A stretch of 64,000 nucleotides of DNA from Glaucostegus cemiculus (taxonomy: Eukaryota): assembly GCA_976551045.1 (NCBI GenBank), contig CDPCPM010000281.1:13640001-13704000 (forward strand), in the 5' to 3' direction. Shown in pieces: positions 62,720 to 64,000 of this stretch (within the stretch, counting starts at the first letter, position 1; each line of letters opens with the position of its first letter). The notes under the pieces are model-generated. The model searched no databases. It was not told the origin of the DNA and worked only from the letters and a program-made list of their open reading frames with translations. A program made the position numbers and the translations under genes.

Positions 62720-64000
62720 CTTACATTACCGAATAAAGACACAAACCAGGTGCACAGTCTTTCTTATGAACTAAGCGTGGTCAACACTGCACAACATTAG
62801 ATGGGAACTTCCCCGTCACATTCTAACTCTCTCTGAAATAGTGACTCACCCATATTATAACCACATTCCTCAAGTTATGAAAATGATTTTCAAACTTTTG
62901 CCATAATGTCATTGACTCTTTGGAGTACCTGTCTTCAATTTACAAACCTATTTTTCTTTGTAAAGAATAACATCTCATTCTCTGCCTGGAGGGGTATACT
63001 GTACCAAAATACCCACGATGCATTTTACCCAGCCTTTTTGCTTTATGAAATTTCACTTAAAATGACTCAAGAGAGGGATGTGTAACTGGAAAACAAGGAA
63101 CGGCTGTGTGAAAAATGACAAGTTGTGCTTGGAAATTGTGGGGTCAAGAGGCAACAAGATGGTTAATGGACAAAAGCAAAATAAATTATGCAGTAGGTCT
63201 ATTTTACAATTCATAGAGGCCCTCTCAGTTTAACAGAGAGATCCTCACACTGCTGTGTGCTGAGATACCCTTCATTTCAGTGTTCCTGGGGTGGAAACGG
63301 AATTTGATATTGCTTTGAAAGCCACTGTGATGAGTGAGTCAGAAGATACAATGAGTTCCGCACTGAATATGAGAGAGCTACCAATCTTGTTTATAATAGT
63401 CCCTGCCTCAGCTAGACTGTGACATGGTCACAAACCCTTGTAGCAACTTCTGCCCAGTGCTTGAAGCTCAAGACTTTGATATGATGTTAACTATCAAAGA
63501 TATTCTGAGATCCTTCAGCAAGTGGCAGTGGTTATTCAATATGAGTAACCCCACTAAGATAAAGCCATCTTCCATCTCCCTTACTCACTTCCAAGTGGCT
63601 TTGTCAACTACTCAAGGTAAAACAATTGAGTAGAAAGAGTACAGTGAATACAGAAAGATTTTGCTAATGTTGGCAGCAGAAATGACACGATAGTAAATCA
63701 ACAGAAACTAGGAAAGTTCAGGAAAAATATACAACAGCTGACGCCAAGACTCTGTGACACTTTCATATGACAATGTGCGTCAGGATACGTCAAAGCTGTC
63801 CTTGTTTAACTCTGCACTGTGTGTGAATCAGGATGACCATTGCCAACAAGATTAAACCATAAGCCTAGAAAACAGACTTCACCTTTTTTAGTGCACTAAC
63901 CTGTCAGGTGTCCCACCAAATCATCATGCAATTGGCTAAAAAGACTTTCTAACATTGCTAAGGTATTCTACACCTAACAGGGTTTGTGGAGTTCCTGATG

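Larger units (their letters stand above)
4939..63850 (-). pseudogene. Decayed multi-exon pseudogene of a very large GCC2/GCC3 (Ephrin_rec_like) cysteine-repeat single-pass membrane protein; 5' end probably lies beyond the window
   Basis: About 20 or more minus-strand segments in non-repeat DNA, many bounded by polypyrimidine-AG and GT(A/G)AG sites. They translate to eroded repeat motifs (KCPAGSL*, FPCLPSHCG, DPGCF*P, PPGVNCSK, RGTYCS, DRCAKG, VCINSPEG), then a Cys block (29.8-30.0 kb), a hydrophobic segment (29.2-29.3 kb) and non-repeat tail exons, with many stops and frameshifts. Architecture resembles, from memory and unverified, the zebrafish si:ch211-286b4.4 / mouse Gm9195-type proteins. 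Confidence 0.62.

Overview
Eukaryotic genomic DNA, most likely a cartilaginous fish (ray or shark), judged from HE1-type V-SINEs, HER1/CR1 LINE tails, Deu-domain SINEs and Penelope ends. A large part of the window is retroposon debris: many CR1 fragments, Rex1/Babar LINEs, an RTE fragment, Penelope pieces and fold-backs, SINEs and a decayed ~35-bp satellite. One CR1 copy is young, with an uninterrupted 695-aa RT ORF and a probable 8-bp target-site duplication. No intact host protein-coding gene is evident. However, the unique DNA between repeats holds a long, ordered series of minus-strand exon-like segments from ~63.8 kb down to ~5 kb. In order they give eroded CPxG-YC / C-x2-C cysteine-rich (GCC2/GCC3, Ephrin_rec_like-type) repeats, a membrane-proximal Cys block, a hydrophobic segment and a long cytoplasmic tail, with many stops and frameshifts. 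I interpret this as a heavily decayed, unprocessed (probably unitary) pseudogene of a giant Cys-repeat membrane protein. The family assignment rests on motif recognition from memory and is not database-verified. Repeat boundaries are approximate.
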